IMG/VR virus record: IMGVR_UViG_3300025072_002801
Length of the DNA: 64,000 bases
Strand: one strand, 5' to 3'
From: a virus
Taxonomy: Duplodnaviria > Heunggongvirae > Uroviricota > Caudoviricetes
Shown: piece by piece, positions 37,109-46,414 of the stretch
Numbering within the stretch: position 1 is the stretch's first letter
How the letters are laid out: each line of letters starts with the position of its first letter
The notes under the pieces: model-generated
The model's input: only the letters and a program-made list of their open reading frames with translations
The model's database searches: none
What the model was told of the DNA's origin: nothing
Program-made: the position numbers and the translations under genes

Positions 37109-37451
37109 ATGTAAGAAGTGTGAAAATCAATGGGAAGAATTGATTAGAAAGGCATATGGGGAAGAACGCACATTAGAAGAAATCAGGGAAGATGCAGAAT
37201 GCCCAGAGTGTGGGTCGAAAGACAAGAATAAGATAGTGGGATCGTTAGCTTTTACGTTCTCAAACCCTGTAGGCACCGATAGATACAACAATTCTCACGA
37301 TTATCGGTACAGACATAAAACAAAAACTGCCGAAGCGGACAGGGCTCATGCTCTCTCCAAAGAAAAGGATGGCGAAGATCCTTATAAGTATGACCCAACT
37401 AATAATGACAAAGATGTTCAAGGTGGAAAATACTTTGGCAAAGTTAAATAA
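37092..37451 (+). CDS. FmdB-like zinc-ribbon protein
   Basis: 'FECKKCENQWEE...CPECGSK'. Confidence 0.65.
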   Translation: MIQPFECKKCENQWEELIRKAYGEERTLEEIREDAECPECGSKDKNKIVGSLAFTFSNPVGTDRYNNSHDYRYRHKTKTAEADRAHALSKEKDGEDPYKYDPTNNDKDVQGGKYFGKVK

Positions 37452-37466
37452 AATTTAATTTAGCTA

Positions 37467-37495
37467 TTGATACGGCTGTCATTATCTCTTAAATT
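37467..37495 (+). promoter_or_regulatory. Sigma70-type promoter for the prkA operon
   Basis: TTGATA-N17-TAAATT. Confidence 0.55.
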
Positions 37496-37537
37496 AGAAG
37501 CATCTTAAGTTTGTTTCTATTTCACAGGATAATGATT

Positions 37538-39604
37538 ATGGAAAACCGTTTGCAGAGAATCGCTGGGCGATTTAACACCGAAAAATTTAAAAATCTAAAT
37601 GAAGAACTTTCTTTCTCGGAATATTTAGACGCAGCATATGAGCGACCTGCCCTAGTTCGCACAGCTTTTCAAAAGTTGTATGATATGATCATGGCTGACG
37701 GGACTCATGAATTTGAGAGATATAGAAAGAAGCTCGTTCATTATAATTTCTTTGATAATCCCAAAATTCCAATTTTTGGTTTGGAGCAAACTCTTGATGA
37801 ATTGATGAAATTCATTAGAGGTGCTGCTGGAGGATTTGGAACAGAGAAGAGAGTTCTTCTTTTGCATGGACCAGTTGGATCTTCCAAGTCAACGATTTGC
37901 CGCCTGATGAAAAGGGGATTGGAGAATTACTCTAACACTGATGATGGCGCTTGGTACAGTTATAAGTGGGTCAACCTTCCTGTTGGACAAAACGGAATTT
38001 ACACCAAAGAAGAATGCATGAGTCCAATGCATGAAGATCCTTTGAAGTTGCTCCCTCAAGAACTTAGAGAAGAAGTTCTTAAAGAGTTGAACGATATTAT
38101 TGTTGAACAAAATGACGGTGACGCTCCATACACATTAAAGTGTGAGGGAGAGTTGAATCCAAGATGCAAACTTTTCATGGAGCTTTTGCTTAAGAGGTAT
38201 GATGGAGACTTGGAAAAAGTTTTGGCAGAACACATCAGTGTGGTTAGAATGGTTTATTCCGAAGCCGATAGAGTTGGGATTGCTACATTCCAACCAAAAG
38301 ATGAGAAGAATCAAGATGCCACAGAATTGACTGGCGATATTGACTATTCTCAAATTGCTCATTGGGGATCTGACAGTGATCCTCGTGCGTTTAATTTTGA
38401 TGGAGAATTCTGCGTAGGAAACAGGGGCGTAGTTGAATTTATTGAAATGCTCAAATTGCAACAGGAGTTTTTGTACGATCTGTTGGAAGCAACTCAGGAT
38501 CATTCGATTAAGCCAAAGAAGTTTGCCAAGGTGACAATTGATGAAGTTTTGATTGGTCATACAAACCAGCCAGAATTTGAAAAGTTGAAGTCTAATCCTC
38601 ACATGGAAGCTTTGAGAGATAGAACTATTAAAATTGATGTTCCTTATCTTTTGACTATATCAGACGAATTAAAAGTGTTGCAGCAGGATTATAGTCCTGA
38701 CAACATCAAGCAGCACGTAGCTCCTCACACCTTAGAGATGGCTGCTTTGTGGGCTGTTTTGACTAGACTTGAAGATGGTGGCGACAATGAGTTGAAAGAC
38801 TTGGTGGAGAAAGCCAAGCTTTATGATGGTCAATACCTTCCTGGTTGGACCGAAGATAAAGTCAAAGAGTTGAAAGACAAGTATTTAGATGAAGGAATGA
38901 ACAAGGGCGTAAGTGCCAGATATGTTCAGGATAAAATCTCTAATTGCTTGAGTGACAATCATGCTTACATAAACCCATTCATGGTTTTGAATGAGATCAG
39001 AGAAGGGCTTGGACAATCATCATTGATAGACAATGAAGAGGACCGTGCAAAGTATGAGACAGCAGTTGAGCTTACCATCAAAGAGTATGACGAAGTTGTG
39101 AAGTCAGAAGTTCAGAAAGCTTTGGTTGCAGATGAAAATGCCATCATTCGTCTTTGCACTCAATACATTGATAATGTTATGGCTCACAATCGTGGATCAA
39201 AGATTAGAAATAAGTTTACTGGTCGAGATCAAGAGCCTGACGAAAGATTGATGCGTTCGATTGAAGAGAAGATTGGAATTGCTTCCATCAAGGCAGATGA
39301 TTATAGACGATCTGTTTCAGAGTTTATTGGAGATTATTCCCACGAAGGCAAAGAGTTTAAGTGGGACTCAAATACTCAGCTTAAGAAGGCTTTGGAAATG
39401 AAGCTTTTCGAAGACACAAAGGATCAGGTCAAGTTGTCCGCATTGAGCGATGCAGCTAATGTTGTTGATCCTGACACCCAGAAAAAGATTGACCTTTTGA
39501 AAACTCGTTTGATTGAACAGTTCGGTTATAATGACGAATCTGCTCGTGACGTTTTGGAGCATGTTGGTGGAATCTTTGCGAGAGGCGACATTGACGACGA
39601 GTAA
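37538..39604 (+). CDS. prkA: PrkA/YeaG family AAA+ serine protein kinase
   Basis: 'LLLHGPVGSSKS', 'PMHEDPL', 'NQDATELTG', 'DPRAFNFDG', 'NRGVVEFIEMLK', 'EALRDR'. Confidence 0.95.
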   Translation: MENRLQRIAGRFNTEKFKNLNEELSFSEYLDAAYERPALVRTAFQKLYDMIMADGTHEFERYRKKLVHYNFFDNPKIPIFGLEQTLDELMKFIRGAAGGFGTEKRVLLLHGPVGSSKSTICRLMKRGLENYSNTDDGAWYSYKWVNLPVGQNGIYTKEECMSPMHEDPLKLLPQELREEVLKELNDIIVEQNDGDAPYTLKCEGELNPRCKLFMELLLKRYDGDLEKVLAEHISVVRMVYSEADRVGIATFQPKDEKNQDATELTGDIDYSQIAHWGSDSDPRAFNFDGEFCVGNRGVVEFIEMLKLQQEFLYDLLEATQDHSIKPKKFAKVTIDEVLIGHTNQPEFEKLKSNPHMEALRDRTIKIDVPYLLTISDELKVLQQDYSPDNIKQHVAPHTLEMAALWAVLTRLEDGGDNELKDLVEKAKLYDGQYLPGWTEDKVKELKDKYLDEGMNKGVSARYVQDKISNCLSDNHAYINPFMVLNEIREGLGQSSLIDNEEDRAKYETAVELTIKEYDEVVKSEVQKALVADENAIIRLCTQYIDNVMAHNRGSKIRNKFTGRDQEPDERLMRSIEEKIGIASIKADDYRRSVSEFIGDYSHEGKEFKWDSNTQLKKALEMKLFEDTKDQVKLSALSDAANVVDPDTQKKIDLLKTRLIEQFGYNDESARDVLEHVGGIFARGDIDDE

Positions 39605-39637
39605 TCGTCTCATTGTTCAAATCTATTATCCTGTGTG

Positions 39638-39668
39638 AGGCTCGCTCGTCCTGTGGGCGGGCGAGCCT
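39638..39668. other. GC-rich intercistronic hairpin
   Basis: AGGCTCGCTCGTCC-TGT-GGGCGGGCGAGCCT (includes G-U pairs); no long U-tract. Confidence 0.6.
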
Positions 39669-39693
39669 TATCTTTTATAGTTGGAGTATTAAA

Positions 39694-40887
39694 GTGCCAA
39701 GAAGAATAGAACAAGATCATAAACAATTTCGTGATGTGGTGTCTGGAAGAATTCGCAAAGCCTTGAAGAAGCATGTGAAGACAGGTCAGATATTTCCAAG
39801 AAGAAGTAAGAACGGAAAAATATCAATTGCAATTCCAGAGCTTGACATTCCTCATCTTGTTTTTGGAGATTCTGGTGGTGGAGGAATTGCCAGAGGACCA
39901 GGGAAGAAGGGGCAAGTAATTGGCAAGGACGATGATGGTCAAGGTAAGGGGAATGAAGCTGGTGAAGGCGAAGGCGAAGGCATTGAAATTCAATTAGACT
40001 TGGAAGAAGTCTTGAAATTCATGGCTGGAGAACTTGAACTTCCTCCGATGAAACCAAAAGACAATGATACTGTCGAAGAAACTTTTTTGAGATACAACAG
40101 TCTTTCTCTTCAAGGTCCTAATTCATTAAGGCATGGAAGAAAAACTCTTCAACAAGCATTGAAGAGAACAGCCGCTTCTGGAGATTGGGATAATCTTCAC
40201 ACGTTGCCAGGATTTCCTGATCCAATGAGAATGATCACTCCGCAAAAGAGTGACTTCAGGTATCGTCAATATACAGAGCATCATAAACCTGCAAGTAATG
40301 CAGTTATATTTTTCGCTCGTGATGGATCTGGTTCCATGGACGAAAAGAAGTGCGAAATTGTAAGTGATATGAGTTGGTGGATTGATGTTTGGATTAGACA
40401 GTTTTATAAAAAGGTTGAGCGAGTCTATGTCTGGCACGATTGGGCTGCACAAGAAGTTGACGAAGACAAGTTTTACAACTATCGTTATGGTGGAGGAACA
40501 ATGTGTTCGTCTGCTATGAATTTGATTGCCAAGAACTTAGAGGACAGATTCAATCCCAAGAAGTGGAATGTGTATGTGTTCTATTTTACTGATGGCGATA
40601 ACATTCGTGGCGACAATGACGTGTTTGCTGGTACTATAAATAAGTTTCTTGGTCCACAAAACGTTAATTTCATTGGACTCACACAAGTTTATAGCTACAA
40701 TTACGATAACAGCTTGAAGAGATTTGTTGATGATTCTCTTGAAAACGGAATATTAAACCCAGGACATATTAAAACGACAGCAATTGGTGATGGTGCTGGA
40801 TGGAAGGGTTTGACAACTGAGGATCGTGATGAAGCTGTCACAAAGGCGATTAAAGACTTACTAGGCAAAAACCAAATTACAGCATAA
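39694..40887 (+). CDS. yeaH: YeaH/YhbH (DUF444, vWA-like) protein
   Basis: GGAG RBS before GTG 39694; 'IEQDHKQFR', 'DFRYR', 'ARDGSGSM', 'GGTMCSSA', 'FTDGDN'. Confidence 0.92.
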   Translation: MPRRIEQDHKQFRDVVSGRIRKALKKHVKTGQIFPRRSKNGKISIAIPELDIPHLVFGDSGGGGIARGPGKKGQVIGKDDDGQGKGNEAGEGEGEGIEIQLDLEEVLKFMAGELELPPMKPKDNDTVEETFLRYNSLSLQGPNSLRHGRKTLQQALKRTAASGDWDNLHTLPGFPDPMRMITPQKSDFRYRQYTEHHKPASNAVIFFARDGSGSMDEKKCEIVSDMSWWIDVWIRQFYKKVERVYVWHDWAAQEVDEDKFYNYRYGGGTMCSSAMNLIAKNLEDRFNPKKWNVYVFYFTDGDNIRGDNDVFAGTINKFLGPQNVNFIGLTQVYSYNYDNSLKRFVDDSLENGILNPGHIKTTAIGDGAGWKGLTTEDRDEAVTKAIKDLLGKNQITA

Positions 40888-40898
40888 GAGAGATAGCA

Positions 40899-42512
40899 AT
40901 GGCAAAGAGTTTGATGAGAGGTAACGCACTGTTGGTTGGTAGCAATACTATCCCAGGCGTAAAGCCACCAGAAGAGATGAAGAGATTGATCCCAGAGATT
41001 TTGCAAGCATGCAGAGATTTTGGTTTAGATTTTTGGCCTACTGTCGTGCAATGGTTGGATTATTCTGAGATCAGTGAAGTGGCTGCATATGGAGGCTTCC
41101 CAGTTCGATACCCACATTGGAAGTGGGGAATGGAGTATGAGAAGTTGTCTGTAGGGTTTGAGCATGGAATGCATCGTATTTATGAAATGGTCATCAATAC
41201 AAATCCTTGTTATATATATTTCTTGAATTCAAATACATTAGTTGATAACGTGACTGTTTTGGCTCACGCAACTGGTCATAATGATTTCTTTAAAAACAAT
41301 GTTCGTTTTGCGCCAACTCAATCTGAAACTCACAACATGATGAACACGTTGGCTAATCATGGAACCCGTATACGCAGATATATGTCAAGGTGGGGAAATG
41401 AGAGAGTTACAGAGTTCATTGATCACGTTATGAGACTAGACACTCTTGTAGACCCAGCACAAGCTTGGCAGAGAAGGGAAAGTAAAGACCTTAATCTTAA
41501 AGACAAGAGAGAGTATCACCATGCTCGACATATAGACGTGCCAGAAGGTCATGATTATATGGAAGACTGGATGAATCCTCAGTCTTGGAAAGATAAAGAG
41601 AATCAGAGGATCAAAAAGATAGAAGCTGCCGAGGAGATAGAGTTATTTAAAAAACCGACCCGAAATATATTAGGGTACTTGAGAGATAACGCGCCTCTTA
41701 AACCATGGCAGGCAGACATTGTAGACATGCTTTATGATGAGGCTTTGTATTTTTCTCCTCAAAGAATTACAAAAACTCTCAATGAAGGATGGGCTAGTTA
41801 TGTTGATTATAATATTATGGCTCGACAAGGATATGCCACTCTAGATGGAGAAAAGTCTGGATCTGGGATTATTGAGTACGCAGACCATAAAGCAGGAGTT
41901 CTTGGTGGCAAGTATTCCATGAATCCATACAAGCTTGGCTTTGAACTGTTTCTTGACATTGAGGAACGTTGGAATAAAGGTCGTTTCGGTCCTGAATTTG
42001 ATGCCTGCACTAACATGCAAGAGAGAAAAGATTGGGATTTGGAATTAGGTCTTGGGAAAGAAAAGGTTTTTGAAGTTCGAAAGTGTCATGATGATTATAC
42101 AGCCATTCATGAGTTTTTCACTCCAGAGTTCTGTGTAGAGAAAGAGTTCTTTGAATGGGAGAAAAGACCTAATGGAGAGTATGTTATAGCAAACAAAGAT
42201 TTTAAAACCATAAAGCAAAAGCTGATGCAAAACCATTTGAACGGCGGACTGCCAGATATTCGTCTTGTTGATCCCAATTATCGTGGCAAGGGAGTGTTTT
42301 TGTTGGAGCATTTCGATGACGACGGAAGACCGCTTTATGATCCTTATGTCAAAGAGTCATTGTCGTCTATTTATAGATTGTGGAAGAATCCAGTAGCATT
42401 GTCCACCAGAAACAAAGAAGGTGAAGAGTTTGTTTGTGTCGCTACAGGTGAGGATGCAGATAAAGACGTTGCATGGTTTACAAGAGAGGAATTTGAAGGT
42501 GAAGATATATAG
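40899..42512 (+). CDS. spoVR: SpoVR/YcgB family protein
   Basis: 'GFPVRYPHWKWG', 'IYEMVINTNPC', 'AHATGHNDFFKNN', 'TKTLNEGWASY', 'NPYKLG'. Confidence 0.95.
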   Translation: MAKSLMRGNALLVGSNTIPGVKPPEEMKRLIPEILQACRDFGLDFWPTVVQWLDYSEISEVAAYGGFPVRYPHWKWGMEYEKLSVGFEHGMHRIYEMVINTNPCYIYFLNSNTLVDNVTVLAHATGHNDFFKNNVRFAPTQSETHNMMNTLANHGTRIRRYMSRWGNERVTEFIDHVMRLDTLVDPAQAWQRRESKDLNLKDKREYHHARHIDVPEGHDYMEDWMNPQSWKDKENQRIKKIEAAEEIELFKKPTRNILGYLRDNAPLKPWQADIVDMLYDEALYFSPQRITKTLNEGWASYVDYNIMARQGYATLDGEKSGSGIIEYADHKAGVLGGKYSMNPYKLGFELFLDIEERWNKGRFGPEFDACTNMQERKDWDLELGLGKEKVFEVRKCHDDYTAIHEFFTPEFCVEKEFFEWEKRPNGEYVIANKDFKTIKQKLMQNHLNGGLPDIRLVDPNYRGKGVFLLEHFDDDGRPLYDPYVKESLSSIYRLWKNPVALSTRNKEGEEFVCVATGEDADKDVAWFTREEFEGEDI

Positions 42513-42609
42513 CGTAAGTTGTGTGCTGTAAACGACTTACGTGATTTTTGATTTTATTAATTCACCTTTTTAAATATCCTACTATAACTATATGTAGGAG
42601 GTGAATTAT

Positions 42610-43302
42610 ATGGCTAACGGTCGTGATAAAAAGAAGTTGTTCCAACAACGGGAAGATTTATTGCATGATATTCATACTGTGAATGTTAATGTCCCTTCAA
42701 GGGAGGTATACTTGCATGGGTATTACCAGGAAAGCGAAGAACCTGGAGTTGAATATAGAATGGCAACAACTTTTATAAAAAATTTGCACCATTTGGAAAG
42801 GCAGAGTAATGATCCGATTGTAATTCACATGCACACAATTGGGGGAGAGTGGAACGATGGAATAGCTATTTACGATGCCATAAAAGTTTCGCCATGCCCA
42901 ATAGCCTTGATAGCTTATGCTCATGCGCAATCTATGAGTAGTGTGATACCACAAGCGGCTGATAAGCGAGTCATAATGCCAACAGCAGATTTTATGATCC
43001 ATTATGGAAGCATTTCCGTGGACGAAATTTCTACATCGGCTAAATCTACTATTGATTGGAATGAAAGAGCGAACAAGAAGATGCTGCAAATTTATCTGGA
43101 AAGATGCAAGGAAACTGATTACTTCTCAGAAATGTCTGACAGGCAAATACTTAACTTCCTAGATAAGAAAATGAGATACTTCACAGATTGGTGGATCACT
43201 GCCGATGAATCTGTTGAATATGGTTTTATGGATGGGATTATGGGAGAGAAAGGATTCGAAACAATTGAAAAAATTAAAAAATCTGTTAAGAAGCGAAAAT
43301 AA
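42610..43302 (+). CDS. clpP: ClpP-like serine protease
   Basis: 'MHTIGGEWNDGIAIYD', 'AQSMSS' (catalytic Ser), 'FMIHY', 'WWITADESVEYG'. Confidence 0.82.
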   Translation: MANGRDKKKLFQQREDLLHDIHTVNVNVPSREVYLHGYYQESEEPGVEYRMATTFIKNLHHLERQSNDPIVIHMHTIGGEWNDGIAIYDAIKVSPCPIALIAYAHAQSMSSVIPQAADKRVIMPTADFMIHYGSISVDEISTSAKSTIDWNERANKKMLQIYLERCKETDYFSEMSDRQILNFLDKKMRYFTDWWITADESVEYGFMDGIMGEKGFETIEKIKKSVKKRK

Positions 43303-43304
43303 TT

Positions 43305-43550
43305 ATGGATGATGTATTAGCGATGATAAACATAGATGATGTCTTGAGCGATGAGTTCGTTTTGTTCTCTAAAAATATTTCTGCAATTCACGAAGAAATG
43401 AAAGTTCTGTCAGAAGAATTTAAAGTTAAGTATGATGAATATGCCGCTAAGAAAAAAGAATTGTATGATAGAGCGGAAAAAGAAAAGATTATGTTTGATG
43501 AAAGTCAAAAGCCAATAGTTTTTGATGGGAAAATGCAAGAAGGAACCTAA
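43305..43550 (+). CDS. Small coiled-coil protein
   Basis: ORF in operon. Confidence 0.55.
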   Translation: MDDVLAMINIDDVLSDEFVLFSKNISAIHEEMKVLSEEFKVKYDEYAAKKKELYDRAEKEKIMFDESQKPIVFDGKMQEGT

Positions 43551-43557
43551 GCCTTGA

Positions 43558-43761
43558 ATGAAAAACAACTGGTTGATAACCCGAAATAAAAGAAATTTTG
43601 CCGAACAGGTAAGAAATATGATAATGCTGCGATATGGAATATCTAATATTTCTGAGTTGAGCAAAAGACAGTGGGAAGAAATCGCACCAGAAATAAGAAT
43701 AATTCATAAGAACTGTGATCGACCAAGATTCAAAAAAATATCTGACTTAGATGGAATGTAA
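43558..43761 (+). CDS. Small hypothetical protein
   Basis: ORF in operon. Confidence 0.5.
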   Translation: MKNNWLITRNKRNFAEQVRNMIMLRYGISNISELSKRQWEEIAPEIRIIHKNCDRPRFKKISDLDGM

Positions 43762-43792
43762 GACTTGTTGAAAAAAGTCTTGTCGCAAAAAG

Positions 43793-43863
43793 TGTCGTAA
43801 AAATAAAATTAAAACTTGTCGTAAAAATAAAATTAAAACTTGTCGTAAAAATAAAATTAAAAC
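43793..43863 (+). repeat. Three tandem 24-nt repeats
   Basis: TGTCGTAAAAATAAAATTAAAACT at 43793 and 43817, and at 43841 with the last base missing. Confidence 0.9.
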
Positions 43864-43897
43864 GCCCCTAGCATTAGGGGCGTTTTTTGTTTATAAT
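43859..43897 (+). promoter_or_regulatory. Inverted repeat overlapping a sigma70-type promoter for dnaE-N
   Basis: AAAACGCCCCTA-GCAT-TAGGGGCGTTTT; TAGCAT-N17-TATAAT. Confidence 0.55.
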
Positions 43898-43970
43898 GTA
43901 TGAATGATGTACAGTGGCAAATATGATGAAAGAGAATTTGAAATTTATTTAAATAGTAAAGGAATTGTTT

Positions 43971-46052
43971 ATGAGACATGAAATATGTGGCTTTGAAAAT
44001 CTCCACTTACACACCGATTAACTGAGGTCGCTTAGTTTGCGAAAGCTGCTAAGAAAACTGGATGAATTCAGGGAACCCCTAACGTAAAGTCGAGGGCAAT
44101 CCTGAGCGAAGCCTAAAGTACACTTTAGGAACGTGCAGAGACTACCTGAGAGGTTAAGCCCTCTTAATTACAGGCAAGAGCGTCCAGCGCCTAAGACTTA
44201 ATGTTATGGCGAAGAGATAGTCCACCCCCATTAGAAAATTTTGGGAAAATTTTTTGTGTTCAGTTTACTTGACGGATATGGAACGGCAGAAGAATATGCG
44301 CTTCGAGCGACAAAGATCAATCAAAGATTTTTGACTGTCTCAGATCATGGAATGATGGCTGCTATTCCAAGACAGGTAAAAGCTTGTGACGATAATGGCA
44401 TTAAGCCAATTTTTGCTTGCGAGCTTTACCTTAGCCCATACCAAACAGCAAAAATGGATTGGGATGAAAGGAAGAAAGAATTTAGTGCCAAAGGCGAATC
44501 CGATAAATTAAGAAAGTCTTATCATCTTTTGGCAATTGCTTATACTAATCAAGGATATAAAAACCTTGTTCGTCTTACATCATGGGGCTGGACTGAAGGG
44601 TTTTATTATAAGCCAAGAGTTAATCATGAGCAAATAATGGCACACAAAGAAGGGATCATGTTCACCTCGTGCTGTTATTTGAGCGAGATTGGACAAGCCT
44701 TTGACAAATTTGGCGAAGAAGCTGCCTTCAGGATGGTAGAAAAATATCATCGTATGTTTGGTGAAAATTTTCGCCTAGAACTTATGTTGTTGGATTTTAA
44801 AAAGCAAAAGCCATACGATGCATTTATTCTTAAAGCGCACGACAAGTATGGAATTCCTTTAATCATCACAAACGACTGCCATTACTGCAACCCAGAGGAT
44901 TCTCACTACCAGAGGCTTTCGTTGATGGTAAATCAAAAAAGCACAATTCAGGAAGTTGAGAGGAAGGTCGCAGCAGGAGAAGCGGAAGATCTGTTCGAAT
45001 TGCAGGACCAGAATCTTTGGATGAAATCGGAAGATGAGCTAAATCAGAAATGGGAATCCGATTACTCAGACATAATTGACTATGATCTTTTCAAACAAGC
45101 TAAGGCGAATACAGTCAAGGTTTGCGAAATGGTTGATGTTAATCTTGATAGAACTCTCAAGCTGCCAGACATTGATGACGCTAATGAAAAACTTAAGGAT
45201 GTTGTAATGGAAGGCTTTAAATTCCGTGGACTTCCTAAAACTAAAAAATATCAAATGAGAATTAAAGAAGAGTATAGTTTGATATGCAGAAAGGGATTTT
45301 CTTCTTACTTTTTGATACAGAAGGCAATGACCGATGAAGCCCGTCGTGCTTCTCCGCAGATCCTTGGATGGGGTGACGGAAGCGAAGCTGTTGGTCCAGG
45401 CAGAGGATGCTTGTCTCCAGATACATTCATCTACATAGAAAGCATTAAAAACTACAAGAAGATTAAGTTTGTAGAAATTGGGGATACAGTCATTAATCGT
45501 AAAGGAGAAGTCGTAAAAGTTGTTGATGTATTGAAATATCCGAACAAGGAAGAGATGATTAAGCTGAAATGCTTTTATGGAGATGTTATTGGTGCTACTT
45601 TTACCAAAGATCACAAAGTTCTTTCTACCAAAAGTTCAGACAAAGAGTTGGAATGGAAAGAGGCAAATGATATAGAGGAAGGAGATTGGGTCTTCTGCCC
45701 TGAGTCAAAGCATTTGGTTGACATATTGAAAAATGAAATTAATGAGGAGTATGCTCAACCACTTGAAAGTGGGGGGTACTTGCTAAGAATTAAGAAGAAA
45801 AAGACAATTCCGCCTGTAATTCCATCGGTTTATGACCTAACCGTTGAGGGAGATGAGCATAATTATCTAACTTCAACCTGTCTAGTGCATAATTCAGCCG
45901 TAGGCGCTCTCACATGCTACTGTTTGGGCATTACTGACATCGACCCAATCAAACATGACCTTTTGTTTAGTCGCTTCCTGAGCGAAGCCAGGGGCGGTAA
46001 ATCAATCAAATTAAGATATAAAAATATCGACCCAGTAGGGTGCGAAAAATGA
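43971..46052 (+). CDS. dnaE: DNA polymerase III alpha, N-terminal half (PHP domain plus part of the palm). Exon 1 is 43971-44018 and exon 2 is 44259-46052.
   Basis: The spliced junction gives 'HLHTD|FSLLDG'. Also 'TVSDHG', 'FACELY', 'TNDCHY', 'GFSSYFL', 'GPGRG|SAVG', 'IDPIKHDLLFSRFL'. The stop comes before the PDIDID motif. Confidence 0.92.
44019..44258 (+). mobile_element. Group I intron (240 nt, no ORF, IA-like)
   Basis: The 5' exon ends in U and the intron ends in G. P1: CGAU/GUCG. P10: AACUGA/UCAGUU. P/Q: AATTCAGGGA/AATCCTGAGC. P3: CTGGAT/GTCCAG. P7: GACTA/TAGTC, within 'GCAGAGACTAC' and 'AAGAGATAGTCC'. Confidence 0.93.
45408..45893 (+). mobile_element. Mini-intein (162 aa, no endonuclease) in dnaE-N
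   Basis: CLSPDT...VYDLTV...HNY...LVHN followed by Ser+1; removal restores GPGRGSAVG. Confidence 0.92.
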
Positions 46053-46414
46053 CAGATTACGAGGACAGGTTACAAATTCCAATTAAAGGATGCTCTTGGA
46101 GGTTTTACACCAAAGGCGGAACTCATGTAGCCACAGGGTGTAATAGGGTGGTATGTGGAGGTCGTGGCCCTTACATTGAATTTGATGAAGGTCAAATTGT
46201 GAAGAGTAGTTTTCACATGCCAGAAGATCAAAAGTATAGAAAAGATGATAAACGAGTTTATTACATGGAGCTACGCAGCAATGACGAGTGCAATGTTAAA
46301 CTGTATATACAAAAGAAAACAGTCGCCTACGCTGATTACAGAGTAGGCGACTGTTACATATCGCCGTTTGACTTACGTGTAAGTTGTATTGAGCCTCTTA
46401 AAGACCCTTCATAA
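46049..46414 (+). CDS. Hypothetical protein
   Basis: Coupled to the dnaE-N stop; 'RVVCGGRGPYIEF'. Confidence 0.7.
   Translation: MTDYEDRLQIPIKGCSWRFYTKGGTHVATGCNRVVCGGRGPYIEFDEGQIVKSSFHMPEDQKYRKDDKRVYYMELRSNDECNVKLYIQKKTVAYADYRVGDCYISPFDLRVSCIEPLKDPS

Noticed and set aside
43793-43863. CRISPR mini-array
   Set aside because: The repeats are directly adjacent with no spacers, and there are no cas genes in the window.
44241-44258. ORF-track start 'MGKFFV' for dnaE-N
   Set aside because: These codons lie within the 3' end of the group I intron; the real start is ATG 43971.
45960-46052. Split intein joining the two dnaE halves
   Set aside because: There is no Cys/Ser-initiated IntN at the end of the N-gene and no HN-C/S/T IntC at the start of the C-gene. 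The only dnaE intein is contiguous.
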